In this document: positions 1 to 9,672 of the stretch, one piece after another
Position numbering within the stretch: the first letter of the stretch is position 1
Layout of the letters: every line of letters begins with the position of its first letter
Assembly: GCA_963559365.1 (NCBI GenBank)
Contig: CAUWKC010000003.1
Location: 2,769-66,768 of the forward strand
Direction of reading: 5' to 3'
Length of the DNA stretch: 64,000 nt
Source of the DNA: an uncultured Clostridia bacterium
Lineage (GTDB): Bacteria; Bacillota; Clostridia; TANB77; CAG-508
Notes under the pieces: generated by a model
What the model was told of the DNA's origin: nothing
The model's database searches: none
The model's input: only the letters and a program-made list of their open reading frames with translations
Program-made: the position numbers and the translations under genes

Positions 1-2057
1 TAGCAGCCATAACTGGTTCTTTAGTTTCAATTTTATAAGTTTTTATAGAACCATTATTTTTATTGCCATATCCCCATGTGTAATGTGAATCTTGAAACAT
101 AGTTTCTTTATTTGTTTTTTCTCCAAAGGCTTCTTCATATCCTTCTAATAATTCTTGTGGAATTTCTTGTAAAAATCTTGATACTGGATTATAGCTAGTA
201 GAACCAAATACCGTTCTTTGTTTGCTACAAGTTAAATATAAATTTTCTTTAGCTCTTGTAATTCCTACATAGCATAATCGTCTTTCTTCTTCTAACTCTT
301 TTGGTTCCATCATAGATTGGTGTCCTGGAAAAATCCCTTCTTCCATTCCTACTAAAAATACTACTGGAAATTCTAACCCTTTGGCACTGTGTAATGTCAT
401 TAGTGTTACAGATTCTTCTTGTTCTTCCATATTGTCTAAATCACTTGATAAGGTAATTCCTTCTAAAAATTCGCTTAGAGTATTTTCTGCAAATTCTTCT
501 TCAAATTCTATAGCAACTGTTAAAAATTCTTCTAAGTTTGCAATTCTATTTTCTGCTTCTATGGTATTTTCTTGTTCTAATGCTTTTGTATATCCTGATT
601 TTTTTAATGTAAGTTTAATTAATTCTGAAATAGTTAATTTTTCTTTTTTATCTTTTAATTCTTCTATTGTATTTATAAATTCCCTAGAATTTAAAAACAC
701 ACGATTTAATCCATATTCATCTGCTTTTTTAATGATTTCATACATTGATTTTTCATTTGCATTAGCTAATTGTTCTATTTTTTCTAAACTGGTTTTTCCA
801 ATTCCTCGTTTTGGCTCATTTATTATTCTTTTTAAGCTTAAATTGTCGGCACTATTTTGTATTAATCTTAAATATGCTATTGTGTCTTTAATTTCTTTTC
901 TTTCATAGAATTTTAAGCCTCCTACAATTTTATATGGGATATTTTCTCTTCTGAAAATATCTTCTATAGCTCTGGATTGTGTATTCATTCTATATAAAAT
1001 TGTAAAGTCAGAGTATTTGTAATATTCTTCTCTTCTTAAATGTTCTATTTCTTGAACTATATAACTTCCTTCATCATATTCGTTTTCTGCCTGATATACA
1101 TGTGGTAAATTTCCTTCATCATTTTGTGTCCAAAGTTCTTTTTTATATTTTACTTCATTATTTTTAATTACACTGTTAGCTGCTTTTAAGATATTTTGTG
1201 TACAACGATAATTTTGCTCTAATTTTATAATTTTGGTTCCTGGAAAGTCTCTTTCAAAATTTAAAATATTTGAAATGTCTGCTCCGTCTAAAACTATAAA
1301 TTCCTTGGTCATTATCCCCTACAACTGTGATATTTCCATGTTTACAAGCAAACATTGTGATTAGTGCAAATTGTGCTTTGTTTGTATCTTGATATTCGTC
1401 TACTAATACATATTCAAATTTGTTTGTATAATATTCTAATATGTCTGGATTGTCTGATAAAATTTTTATAGTATAATTAATTATATCATCAAAGTCTATT
1501 GCATTATTTTCTTTTAGTCTTTTTTGATATAATTCATAAACAGTGGCAATTTTTTCTTTTCTAAAGTCTCCATTTGCTCTTGCTGTATACATTTCTGGTT
1601 CTAACATTTCATTTTTTGCATTACTTATTTCTGATAATACGCTTCTATCAGTAAATAATTTGTCATCTATTCCTAAGTCTTTTAAGCATGCTTTAATTAA
1701 AGTTCTTTGATCACTTGTGTCAAATATAATGAATGAAGTATCAAAACCGATTCTGTCAATAAATCTTCGTAAAATTCGCACACAAATAGAGTGAAATGTT
1801 CCCATCCAAATATCTTTTGCTTCATCTCCTACTAGATTTGATATTCTTTCCTTCATTTCGTTTGCTGCTTTATTTGTAAATGTTATTGATAAAATATTCC
1901 ATGGTTTGATTCCTTTTTCACTAATTAAGTAAGCAATTTTATGTGTTAATACTTTTGTTTTACCACTTCCTGCTCCTGCAATTACTAGGCATGGTCCTTC
2001 TGTGTAAGTTACTGCTTCTTTTTGTTTATCATTTAGTCCTTTTATAATATCTTGCAT
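1..2057 (-). CDS. pcrA: ATP-dependent DNA helicase PcrA/UvrD family; 3' end runs off the window; reading frame requires a +1 shift at CGGA (1283-1286)
   Basis: ORF 1254..2057 starts MQDIIKGLNDKQKEAV..AGAGSGKTKVLTHKIAYL (Walker A, UvrD motifs). It breaks after VVGDNDQGIYSFR. Skipping one nt at 1286 continues GADISNILNFERDFPG ... LHSAKGLEFPVVFLVGMEEGIFP ... RRLCYVGITRAK down to nt 1 without a stop. Confidence 0.85.
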
Positions 2058-2175
2058 TTTTACTTCCTTTCGTTATATTTTTGTATATTTTTTGTTTTGT
2101 CTTTTTCAAATGTCTGTTTGTATTTTACTATATCTATTTTTAAAATGCAAGTGTTTTTTTTAGTTTCGATTTTTT

Positions 2176-2472
2176 CTAAAGTGTTGTTGCAAAAATTCCT
2201 ATTAAAAAACCTATCATGTTTCCTAATGCTGTCATCCTACCATGGTATAATTGATTATATTCTGGAACTAATTCCCCTGATACAATATACAGCATCGCTC
2301 CTGAGGCAAAGCTTAAACATATAGCTATAATTTGTTCCGAAATAGAACCAATTATAGCTCCAAAAAATGCTCCTATTCCTGTTGTTATTCCTGACAGGAT
2401 AACTAAAAATAATACTTTGGATATTTTCATTCCTCCTTGTTTCATTGGTACTGCCATAGATATTCCTTCTGG
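2176..2472 (-). pseudogene. ZIP-family (ZupT-like) metal transporter, C-terminal fragment separated from its N-terminal half by a 7.36 kb insertion
   Basis: ORF 2176..2457 (GAFFGAIIG..ASGAMLYIVSGELVPE) is a ZIP C-terminus. Reading upstream to 2472 gives PEGISMAVPM, which joins in frame to ..LHDIPEG at 9830. Confidence 0.8.
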
Positions 2473-2491
2473 TTGATTCCGATTTAGACAG

Positions 2492-3068
2492 TTATTTTAA
2501 TTTTTTCTTTTTATTCCATTCAAAGCCAAAATCACTTCTTTTTATTTTACACATTTCTCCATTACCACGATAAAAAACTATTCCTTCTATATAGTGATTT
2601 TCAAGATATTGTTTAATTTCCTCATAATCTCTTGGTACATTTTCTAATATTCTCTTTCCATGTTTTTCTAGAATATCTGTATCTAAATTATATGGATTAC
2701 CATTTATATGTTTTCCGATTAATTCATAAGTTCCTTCTTCTAAATTATCATTTTTTTGCCTTTCAAATGCTTCTAAATAATATTTAGCATTTGAATCATC
2801 TTCAGTACATAAAAGCCAATGTGGAAAATGCCCTGTTACTGGATCAGGTTTTTCTTGGCAAGAAATTGCACCTTGTGGCAGAATTCTTCCTTTTTTATAA
2901 TCATATCTTCTATAAATTTTTCCGTCCTTTATAAAACAACATGTCCCATCTATCTTTTCTGTTGCCCAACCTTCTCCGATTTAATACCCACTGACATTCA
3001 GTTTCCACTTCATTTAAACATTTTATTATATCATGATTTTCAAATTGCCTTTTAAAAAGTGTTTTCAT
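2492..3068 (-). CDS. KxDG nucleotidyltransferase, RNA/DNA-ligase-like protein (~191 aa); needs a +1 shift at CGGA 2975-2978
   Basis: My minus-strand translation: MKTLFKRQFENHDIIKCLNEVETECQWVLN | GEGWATEKIDGTCCFIKDGKIYRRYD...GIVFYRGNGEMCKIKRSDFGFEWNKKKKLK*. ATEKIDGT matches ligase motif I (KxDG). Length is 3n+1. The listed + strand ORF 2819..3055 is antisense to it. Confidence 0.55.
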
Positions 3069-3077
3069 TTTTTTCAC

Positions 3078-4283
3078 TTAATCATCTCCTAATAACCAAT
3101 CTATTAAATATTTAATCTTAATGCCATCTTCCGAAGTGTTATTATATAATTTATCCATTGTTAAAACTATTTTTTCGTAATTATCATTTATTTGTCTTAA
3201 AGAATTTAATTCACGTTGTTTTACATTTTCTTCTAGCATTGTATATGTCACTTGAAAATACTTTTTATCGTTTGACTTTGTTGCTATAAAATCAACTTCT
3301 AGTGTATCTGTTTTTCCTATTGTAACATCATATCCTCTTCGCAACAATTCAAAATAAACTATATTTTCTATAATATGACCAAAATCTGAATTTCTAAAAC
3401 CTAATGTTACATTTCTTATGCCCGTATCTACTATATAATATTTTTCTAATGTTTTTAATAATTCCTTTCCCTTAATATCATATCTTGGAGCTTTATATAT
3501 AATATATGCATTTTCAAGCATTTGTAAATAATTGAGAACTGTGTTGTGTGTTATTTTTGTACCTTGACTTGTTAAATAATCTGCAATTTTTTTAGAAGAT
3601 ATTTGACTTCCAATATTGCTCATTAAAAATTTTAAGATTTTTTCTAATAAACTTCCATCTACAAGTTTGTTTCGCTCAACAACATCTTTCATAAACACTG
3701 TATTATATATTCCTTTTATAACATTTTCATACAAGTCTGCCTCATTTTTTATTGTTATAATTCCTGGCATTCCTCCAAATTTTACATATTCAATAAATTT
3801 ATCTTCAATACTTATATTGTCCTCAAGAACTGTAAAATCTAAAAATTCCTTGAATGACAATGGCAATACTTTTATTTCAATATATCTGCCTGTAAGATAT
3901 GTTGATAATTCTGATGATAACAAATAAGCATTTGAACCTGTTATATAAATATCACTATCAATGTCTATTAATAATGCATTTACAACTTTTTCCCATCCTG
4001 TTATTCTTTGAACTTCATCAAGCAATATATAATTTTTTTGCTTTTGCTTAGTTCTTTCTTTTATCCAATCATGCATCTCTTTGTAATTTTTTATATCATC
4101 AAATTCAAATGATTCAAAATTCATATATATAATATTTGCTTTTTTATTTTCTTTTAATATTTCATCTTTGAATATTTTTAATAAGCTAGATTTTCCACAT
4201 CTTCTAATACCTGTAATAACTTTTATAAATTCTGTATCTTTATAAGCTAATAATTTGTTAATATATAATTCTCTATTTATCAT
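3078..4283 (-). CDS. AAA+ ATPase of the AAA_14/DUF4143 type
   Basis: ORF 3078..4310. Walker A ITGIRRCGKSSL, Walker B ILLDEVQ, and C-terminal architecture typical of DUF4143 ATPases. The likely start is the ATG at 4283 (MINRELYINKL) after GAGGTGA; the listed upstream GTG lies inside the promoter. Confidence 0.7.
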   Translation of the reverse strand: MINRELYINKLLAYKDTEFIKVITGIRRCGKSSLLKIFKDEILKENKKANIIYMNFESFEFDDIKNYKEMHDWIKERTKQKQKNYILLDEVQRITGWEKVVNALLIDIDSDIYITGSNAYLLSSELSTYLTGRYIEIKVLPLSFKEFLDFTVLEDNISIEDKFIEYVKFGGMPGIITIKNEADLYENVIKGIYNTVFMKDVVERNKLVDGSLLEKILKFLMSNIGSQISSKKIADYLTSQGTKITHNTVLNYLQMLENAYIIYKAPRYDIKGKELLKTLEKYYIVDTGIRNVTLGFRNSDFGHIIENIVYFELLRRGYDVTIGKTDTLEVDFIATKSNDKKYFQVTYTMLEENVKQRELNSLRQINDNYEKIVLTMDKLYNNTSEDGIKIKYLIDWLLGDD

Positions 4284-4301
4284 AAATTTCACCTCATTAT
4301 A

Positions 4302-4330
4302 ATTATACACTTCTAGTTTTTTATTGTCAA
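4302..4330 (-). promoter_or_regulatory. Sigma-A-type promoter for the ATPase gene (TTGACA-17 nt-TATAAT)
   Basis: The minus strand reads TTGACA (4330-4325), a 17 nt spacer, then TATAAT (4307-4302), about 18 nt upstream of the ATG at 4283. Confidence 0.55.
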
Positions 4331-4356
4331 GTTTTGTTAATCTGTTAACAAAACTT
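4329..4356. promoter_or_regulatory. Perfect 12 bp palindrome (AAGTTTTGTTAA-4 nt-TTAACAAAACTT) abutting the -35 box; operator or terminator hairpin
   Basis: Arms at 4329-4340 and 4345-4356 are exact reverse complements. It lies between the recombinase stop (4406) and the ATPase promoter. Confidence 0.4.
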
Positions 4357-4405
4357 ATTTTTTTTTATTTTTTTGTTTTTTTATTAACATTTTATATTTT
4401 TTCAC

Positions 4406-5966
4406 TTACTCTAAATTTTGGGGTAACTGATTTAGTATTTTAAAATTAAAAATAATATCAACTTGTTTATCTTGATGCACTTCTATTCGATTAACAAGAA
4501 CTTTCATTATTTCTGGTGTTGGTTTTTCTAATTTCAAAAAATCATTTATCAATTTTTTAATGTTTTCTATATCATCATCTGAATTATTTTCCTGTTCATT
4601 TTTTAACCCAATATATTCTTCTTCTTTTTGTTTTATCTCACCTTTTAGTTTATTAAATATTCTTTCATACATTTCTTCACTAATTTTTTCATTTAATTTA
4701 TCAACATACATTTTATCAATATTTTTATTTATTAGTTTTATTTGTGTTTCTATTTTCTCTAACATTTTTACATAATCATGCTTTGATATACTGTTTTTTA
4801 TATTTAACTCTATTTTCTTAGTATCAATTTGTAGAAATAATTCTTTTATGTACTCTAATACTATTCTTTCTAATGTTTCATAATTAAATCCATGTGATGT
4901 GCAAAGTCCTAATTTTGAGTTTCTACGGTAATTATTGCATATCATATCTAATCTTCCATTTTTTCTTGTTCTTACACCCATTTTGTGCTTACATTCATAA
5001 CATACTAGCAAACCATCTAACAAAAAATGATGTTTCTTTTCACTTCTATTATAATTTTGAACTATTACCATTTTTTGTACCGTATCAAAAATTTTTTTAT
5101 CTATAATTGGTTCATGTGTATTTTCTACAATATTCCATTGCTCTTTTGGATTTGGTCTTATTTTCCTATTTTTATAATTTATTCTGCTTCTTTTATTTTG
5201 TACTGTAACTCCAATATATATTTCGTTTTTTAAAATATTTTTTACTGTTTTATTTTCCCAAAATGTTGCTTTATTGTATCTAATCTGACTTGCTGTAGGG
5301 ATATGTTTGTTATTTAAATAGTCTCTTATTTCACTAATTGACTTTCCGTGAAATTGCCATACTAAAAATTTTTCTTATTATTTCCGCTTCTGCCTTACAG
5401 ATAATTAATTTATTTTTATTATTTGGATCTTTAGTGTATCCAAGTGCTATTTTACCACCTACCCATTTTCCTTGTTTTTGCATAGTATGTAGAGCTGTCC
5501 TAATCTTTTTCGATAAATCTTTAGAATACATATCATTTAATATAGATTTAAAAGGTGCAATATCATTATTACCATTAGATGTTTCAAAAGTGTCTATACC
5601 ATCTGCTAGAGACACATATCTAACATTATTTTCAGGAAACCATTTTTCTATATATTCCCCTGTTTCTATGTAATCACGACCTAAACGAGATAAGTCTTTT
5701 GTTACAACCATATTAACTTTTCCTGAATTGATATCTCTAATCATTTGTTGAAAAGCTGGTCTGTTAAAGTTTGTTCCTGTGTAACCTTGGTCAATATAAA
5801 TATCTATAAGTTCATATTCCCATCCTAATTTCTGTACATATTCTGTTAATAATGTTCTTTGATTTTTTATGCTTTCACTTTCATCATAACCTCTATCTAC
5901 ATCTTCTTTTGATAACCTTATATAAATTGCTACATTGTATATTGTTTTTTCTATTTGTTCAAGCAT
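4406..5966 (-). CDS. Large serine recombinase (resolvase catalytic domain, recombinase domain, zinc ribbon/coiled coil; ~519 aa); needs a +1 shift at CGGA 5345-5348
   Basis: ORF 5334..5999 carries VAIYIRLSKED..SIKNQR..VVTKDLSRLGRD (serine recombinase N-domain). ORF 4406..5071 carries LLDGLLVCYECKHKM..CNNYRR (zinc ribbon) and a coiled coil. My translation of 5072-5345 bridges them (GKSISEIRDYLNNKHIPTASQ...THEPIIDKKIFDTVQKM) once one nt is skipped. RBS GGGAGG precedes the ATG at 5966. Length is 3n+1. Confidence 0.8.
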
Positions 5967-6443
5967 TGCTCCTCCCTTCCTATGCTTGATAAAAAACAAT
6001 TTGAATTCAGCTTAAATTATAACCTATCTTTTAGAGAATTCAAATGCTCAAATGATAAAAATTTTTTGTTATCTTTTCACTAATATATCAATTAGTAGAC
6101 GTTCTATTAAGCTTTCTAATTCTTCACCCTTTTCATCAAAATACACATTAATTCTAAATGATTCGCACATAGTTACCTCCTGCTCATTTTAATTTGTTTA
6201 TTCAATTTATATGTTTTAAAAAATTTATTATTCACATATAAATTGTTGATATGAAGGGTTATATTTTGAAGGATAAACACTATATTTTCATTTCTGCTTT
6301 ACTAATTTTTACTAGTTAGTAAAACTGTCAAAATATAAATATTTTTTCTATTGTTTGAAAATAATTCTTATTTTTTTAGAAAAATCCCATAGCCACATTG
6401 TAGCTACAGGATTGAAAGTTTTTGACAGACTAGTTATTATATA

Positions 6444-6674
6444 TTAGATATTGTTGTTAGCAGTTTTCTTCTGCTGGATACGGGATTGCAGTTCGCAGTA
6501 CTCGGGCATTTCTCTGGTGCGAAGGGAATCGTACTTAGCATGAGCTTCCTCGATTCCGCCACAGAACTTGACATGCTTTTTCAAAATGTTGGGGGCTTCT
6601 ACTCCGAGAACAAAACTCCGATTCTCCAGAGAATGTCCTCCGCAAGATGCGAGATGAAGATAATAACCTGGCAT
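6444..6674 (-). pseudogene. Truncated, conspicuously GC-rich gene fragment of foreign origin (MPGYYLHLASCGG...)
   Basis: About 6455-6740 is visibly far more G+C rich than everything around it. The ORF has a good RBS (AAAGGAGAA) before the ATG at 6674 but ends after ~76 aa in an AT-rich tail (KKTANNNI*). This suggests a 5' gene fragment. Confidence 0.5.
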
Positions 6675-6931
6675 AATGTTTTCTCCTTTCATTAGTCATG
6701 ACCGCTATAGCAGTGCGATTGTGAATGTCTTACATTTGGTACTATACACATTTTCAAACATTATATCAAGTTGTTTTTTCTTAGAAACGATTGTAATTAA
6801 ATAATAACACATTATTTTGATATATATTTCTACTATTAAATTTTACTATGATACCACTGTTATTTTCTGCTAAAAAATCTATATTTGCTTGATTATTTGA
6901 TATTTTAGAGTTATTACTTTCTTATCTAATT

Positions 6932-8803
6932 TTAATTACTATTATATTCAATATATTTCTGCGGCAATTCATTTCCTTCAATTACCATTAATTCTTCCTT
7001 ATATGCTGAGTTTACTCTTAAAACTAATGCATACTGTGTTCCAGAGGTTTTTACTATTATATTTCCATTAGAATTTTTAAATTGTGATAAATCTCCACTA
7101 CGCTTTCCTTGTTTATTAACGGCTGTGACTGTCCCAACAAATGCACCTTTTTGTTTAAGTGTTCCAATAGTATATGTTGTATATGGCTTTACAGGAATAG
7201 CTTTCAAAAATGTTTCATATTTCCCACCAGCAGTATTAGCATCATTTAAAGATACATTGTAATTATTCATATCTACCCAAATATTTGGACCTGCCATAAA
7301 TTCATTAGAAGTGCTCCATTGCCAATTTAATAAATTTTCGTTTGTTGGATAAAATTGCTCATAATTCACAATATAATTTCCACTTTCTATGCTTCCACTT
7401 AATACATTACCCATATTTACTCCAGTAGCAGCATTTTGATCAGTAGTAGTTGTAGGAGTAATATTTGAACCGATTCTTGCTACTGATATAGTATTTTTTT
7501 CTCTATTTATAGAGAGAATTGAATAATCGTTAGAACCAATACTTATGTATCTAAAGCCATAACTTAAGCTATTTTTAATACCAACTTCATTATTTGTATT
7601 GTTCCAATGAGTATGACCACTTATAAATGCAATTACTTCACCTTTTCCTTTTTGACTATAATCGATATTTACATTATATGAAAAGTCACCTACTTTATCT
7701 AATATATTAACATCTTTAACATATCCTCCATCTCCACTTAATTCACATTTGGTTCCATTTTTATATGCACTAATAATTGATAACATTATGTCGGTATTTC
7801 TTACTAATGCATCTTTTATTCCAAACCTTTCATAATCTGATACAGAAGTATCTAAAGGTATATGCATTAAAAATAATGTAGCCCATCCATCTTCTAATGA
7901 TTTTAAATTATTTGCTACAAAGTTAAGCTGTGCATTACTAAATGCTCCTGGACCAAATGAAGTGTATCTATATCCATGTGCATATAATTGGGGCTTAGTT
8001 GAAGAAGTATTATATTCTTCTTTTGTAATCTTTATATATTGGTTATTATTCTTAACAAAATACTCTGTAATATCAAAATTAATGGTGCTTTTATCGGTTA
8101 TAGGTTTATAACCAATATAATATGGAATATCAGATGTATCTAAAACAAAAACTCTTATTTTACTTTTGATATCGTCATAATAAAAATAATTCCCTTTAGA
8201 ATTATTACTATCACGAACAATTTTATCACTGGTATTTGTAGTTTCTTTCCATTCCAAATCATTTATAATTTCATTTTCTTTATAGCTACCTCCATTTCCT
8301 AAAGAGTACCAACCATTATCATCATGATTTCCTCTAGCAAAAAAAACTGGAACATTTGAGTTTGCTTTAGTATTATTTACAAGGTCTTTTAAATCATTAA
8401 GCTCTTTTTCTTTTGGATTTTTTCCTGCGATACAATCTCCTAAATTTGCAATAAAACTTGCATTATATTGATTTGCAGTAGCTACCATATCTCGGGTTTC
8501 TGATATTTTTTCTGTATAATTTAAAATAGAAGAGTCAACATGATTATCAGAAGTTACGAATAATGTTAAATTATTTGATTCTTTTTCTTTATTTGTTCCA
8601 AGTAATTGTTCCATTATTTCTAATTTATTGTTTTCATCTATTTGTGCTTTTTCTGTTTCTGTTTTTGCTTTTCGAGCCATATTTAATATTCCGTTATCTC
8701 CTCCAAGAATTGATATGGTTACACTTACTAAAATAAATAAAACAACTATAGTCACTACTAAAACTATAAGTGTTATTCCTTTGTTCCTTTTCATTTTTAA
8801 CAT
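6932..8803 (-). CDS. Secreted or surface protein: pilin-like hydrophobic N-terminus, calcineurin-like metallophosphoesterase domain and C-terminal beta-rich domain
   Basis: N-terminus MLKMKRNKGITLIVLVVTIVVLFILVSVTISILGGDNGIL resembles prepilin-type leaders (KG|ITLI) but lacks Glu+5. Phosphoesterase motifs: LGDCIAG, GNHDDNGW, ISGHTHW. Strong RBS AGGAGGA sits 8 nt before the ATG. Confidence 0.6.
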   Translation of the reverse strand: MLKMKRNKGITLIVLVVTIVVLFILVSVTISILGGDNGILNMARKAKTETEKAQIDENNKLEIMEQLLGTNKEKESNNLTLFVTSDNHVDSSILNYTEKISETRDMVATANQYNASFIANLGDCIAGKNPKEKELNDLKDLVNNTKANSNVPVFFARGNHDDNGWYSLGNGGSYKENEIINDLEWKETTNTSDKIVRDSNNSKGNYFYYDDIKSKIRVFVLDTSDIPYYIGYKPITDKSTINFDITEYFVKNNNQYIKITKEEYNTSSTKPQLYAHGYRYTSFGPGAFSNAQLNFVANNLKSLEDGWATLFLMHIPLDTSVSDYERFGIKDALVRNTDIMLSIISAYKNGTKCELSGDGGYVKDVNILDKVGDFSYNVNIDYSQKGKGEVIAFISGHTHWNNTNNEVGIKNSLSYGFRYISIGSNDYSILSINREKNTISVARIGSNITPTTTTDQNAATGVNMGNVLSGSIESGNYIVNYEQFYPTNENLLNWQWSTSNEFMAGPNIWVDMNNYNVSLNDANTAGGKYETFLKAIPVKPYTTYTIGTLKQKGAFVGTVTAVNKQGKRSGDLSQFKNSNGNIIVKTSGTQYALVLRVNSAYKEELMVIEGNELPQKYIEYNSN

Positions 8804-8826
8804 TTGTTATTCCTCCTATATTTTTT

Positions 8827-8988
8827 ATTAAGTATAAAACTTAATAAAAAGTATAAATCCATTTAATCTTAGATATAAAAGAATTTCAGAAAATATGAAA
8901 AGAAAAAATTGATTTTTAAGTATTTACTTTTTGCTTGAAAAATGATACATTATTGCTAATAATAATATAATTAAGTTTTATACTTAAT
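8827..8988. repeat. Perfect 19 bp inverted repeats (ATTAAGTATAAAACTTAAT / ATTAAGTTTTATACTTAAT) flanking a 124 bp spacer, 24 nt upstream of the pilin-like gene; candidate invertible promoter
   Basis: 8827-8845 is the exact reverse complement of 8970-8988. Confidence 0.7.
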
Positions 8989-9576
8989 TACCAATTTTTC
9001 AAATCCACATATTTGCAAAAATGATATAACTTTTTTAATAATCCAAATATAGTTGCTACAGAAATAATTAGCTAAAGTGGATAACAATCCACGGGTAAAA
9101 GTGCATAAAAATGAAAACATCATTTTATGCACTTTATTACTTACCATTACATTTTTTTACCTTTTCCTAGAAAATGGATTACGCATATTTTCTTTTCTTT
9201 TTATTTTCTTGTTTTAGGCATCTCAATTCTTATGACTGTTCTCCTTTCAAAATCTTGATAAAGTTTCTACCCATACCATTCCCCTAAAGGTTATTCAAAT
9301 CTTATCACACTCAAATTATTTTTTAATGCTGTCATTGGTATTATATATATTCCATCAGGTCTTTTAATTATAACTCCATATTCACCATTTGGCATCTTCA
9401 CTATTGAATCTATTTCTAATCCTGTTGTATTATCTATAAAATGGTATAAGTTACCATTATAACTTTCTATATATATTTTTAAATCTCTTTGGTACTTTTA
9501 TGCTAAGTAAAAAAGTAGACACAAAAAAATTATTTTTTATGTACTCTAGTATTAAGTTTTCCAATATTTGACAGTT

Positions 9577-9672
9577 GAATCTATGTGGTGTACAAAGTCC
9601 TAATTGTGAATTTTTACGATACATCTTCTTTTGATAATATTATATAAATAGCTACATTATACATTATTTTTT
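9577..9672 (-). pseudogene. Fossil of a second serine recombinase gene with a large internal deletion
   Basis: 9577-9622 aligns at roughly 80% identity by eye to 4893-4938 (zinc-ribbon region of the intact recombinase). The directly adjacent 9621-9672 aligns at roughly 85% to 5899-5950 (its N-terminal coding region). Confidence 0.6.

Noticed and set aside
381-908. 175-aa + strand ORF from the track
   Set aside because: It lies entirely antisense to the well-supported pcrA coding region and is a low-complexity S/F/I-rich translation with no RBS. This is typical of a shadow ORF in AT-rich DNA.
2819-3055. 78-aa + strand ORF
   Set aside because: Antisense to the ligase-like gene, whose minus-strand translation carries a KxDG motif.
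6073-6174. 33-codon minus-strand ORF (MCESFRINVYFDEKGEELESLIERLLIDILVKR*) upstream of the recombinase
   Set aside because: It is too short, has no clear RBS, and has no family I can name.
9241-9480. Minus-strand reading frame of ~68 codons (..YIESYNGNLYHFIDNTTGLEIDSIVKMPNGEYGVIIKRPDGIYIIPMTALKNNLSVIRFE*)
   Set aside because: There is no start codon or RBS at its 5' end, and no recognisable family. It may be a gene remnant inside the element, but I cannot support calling it.
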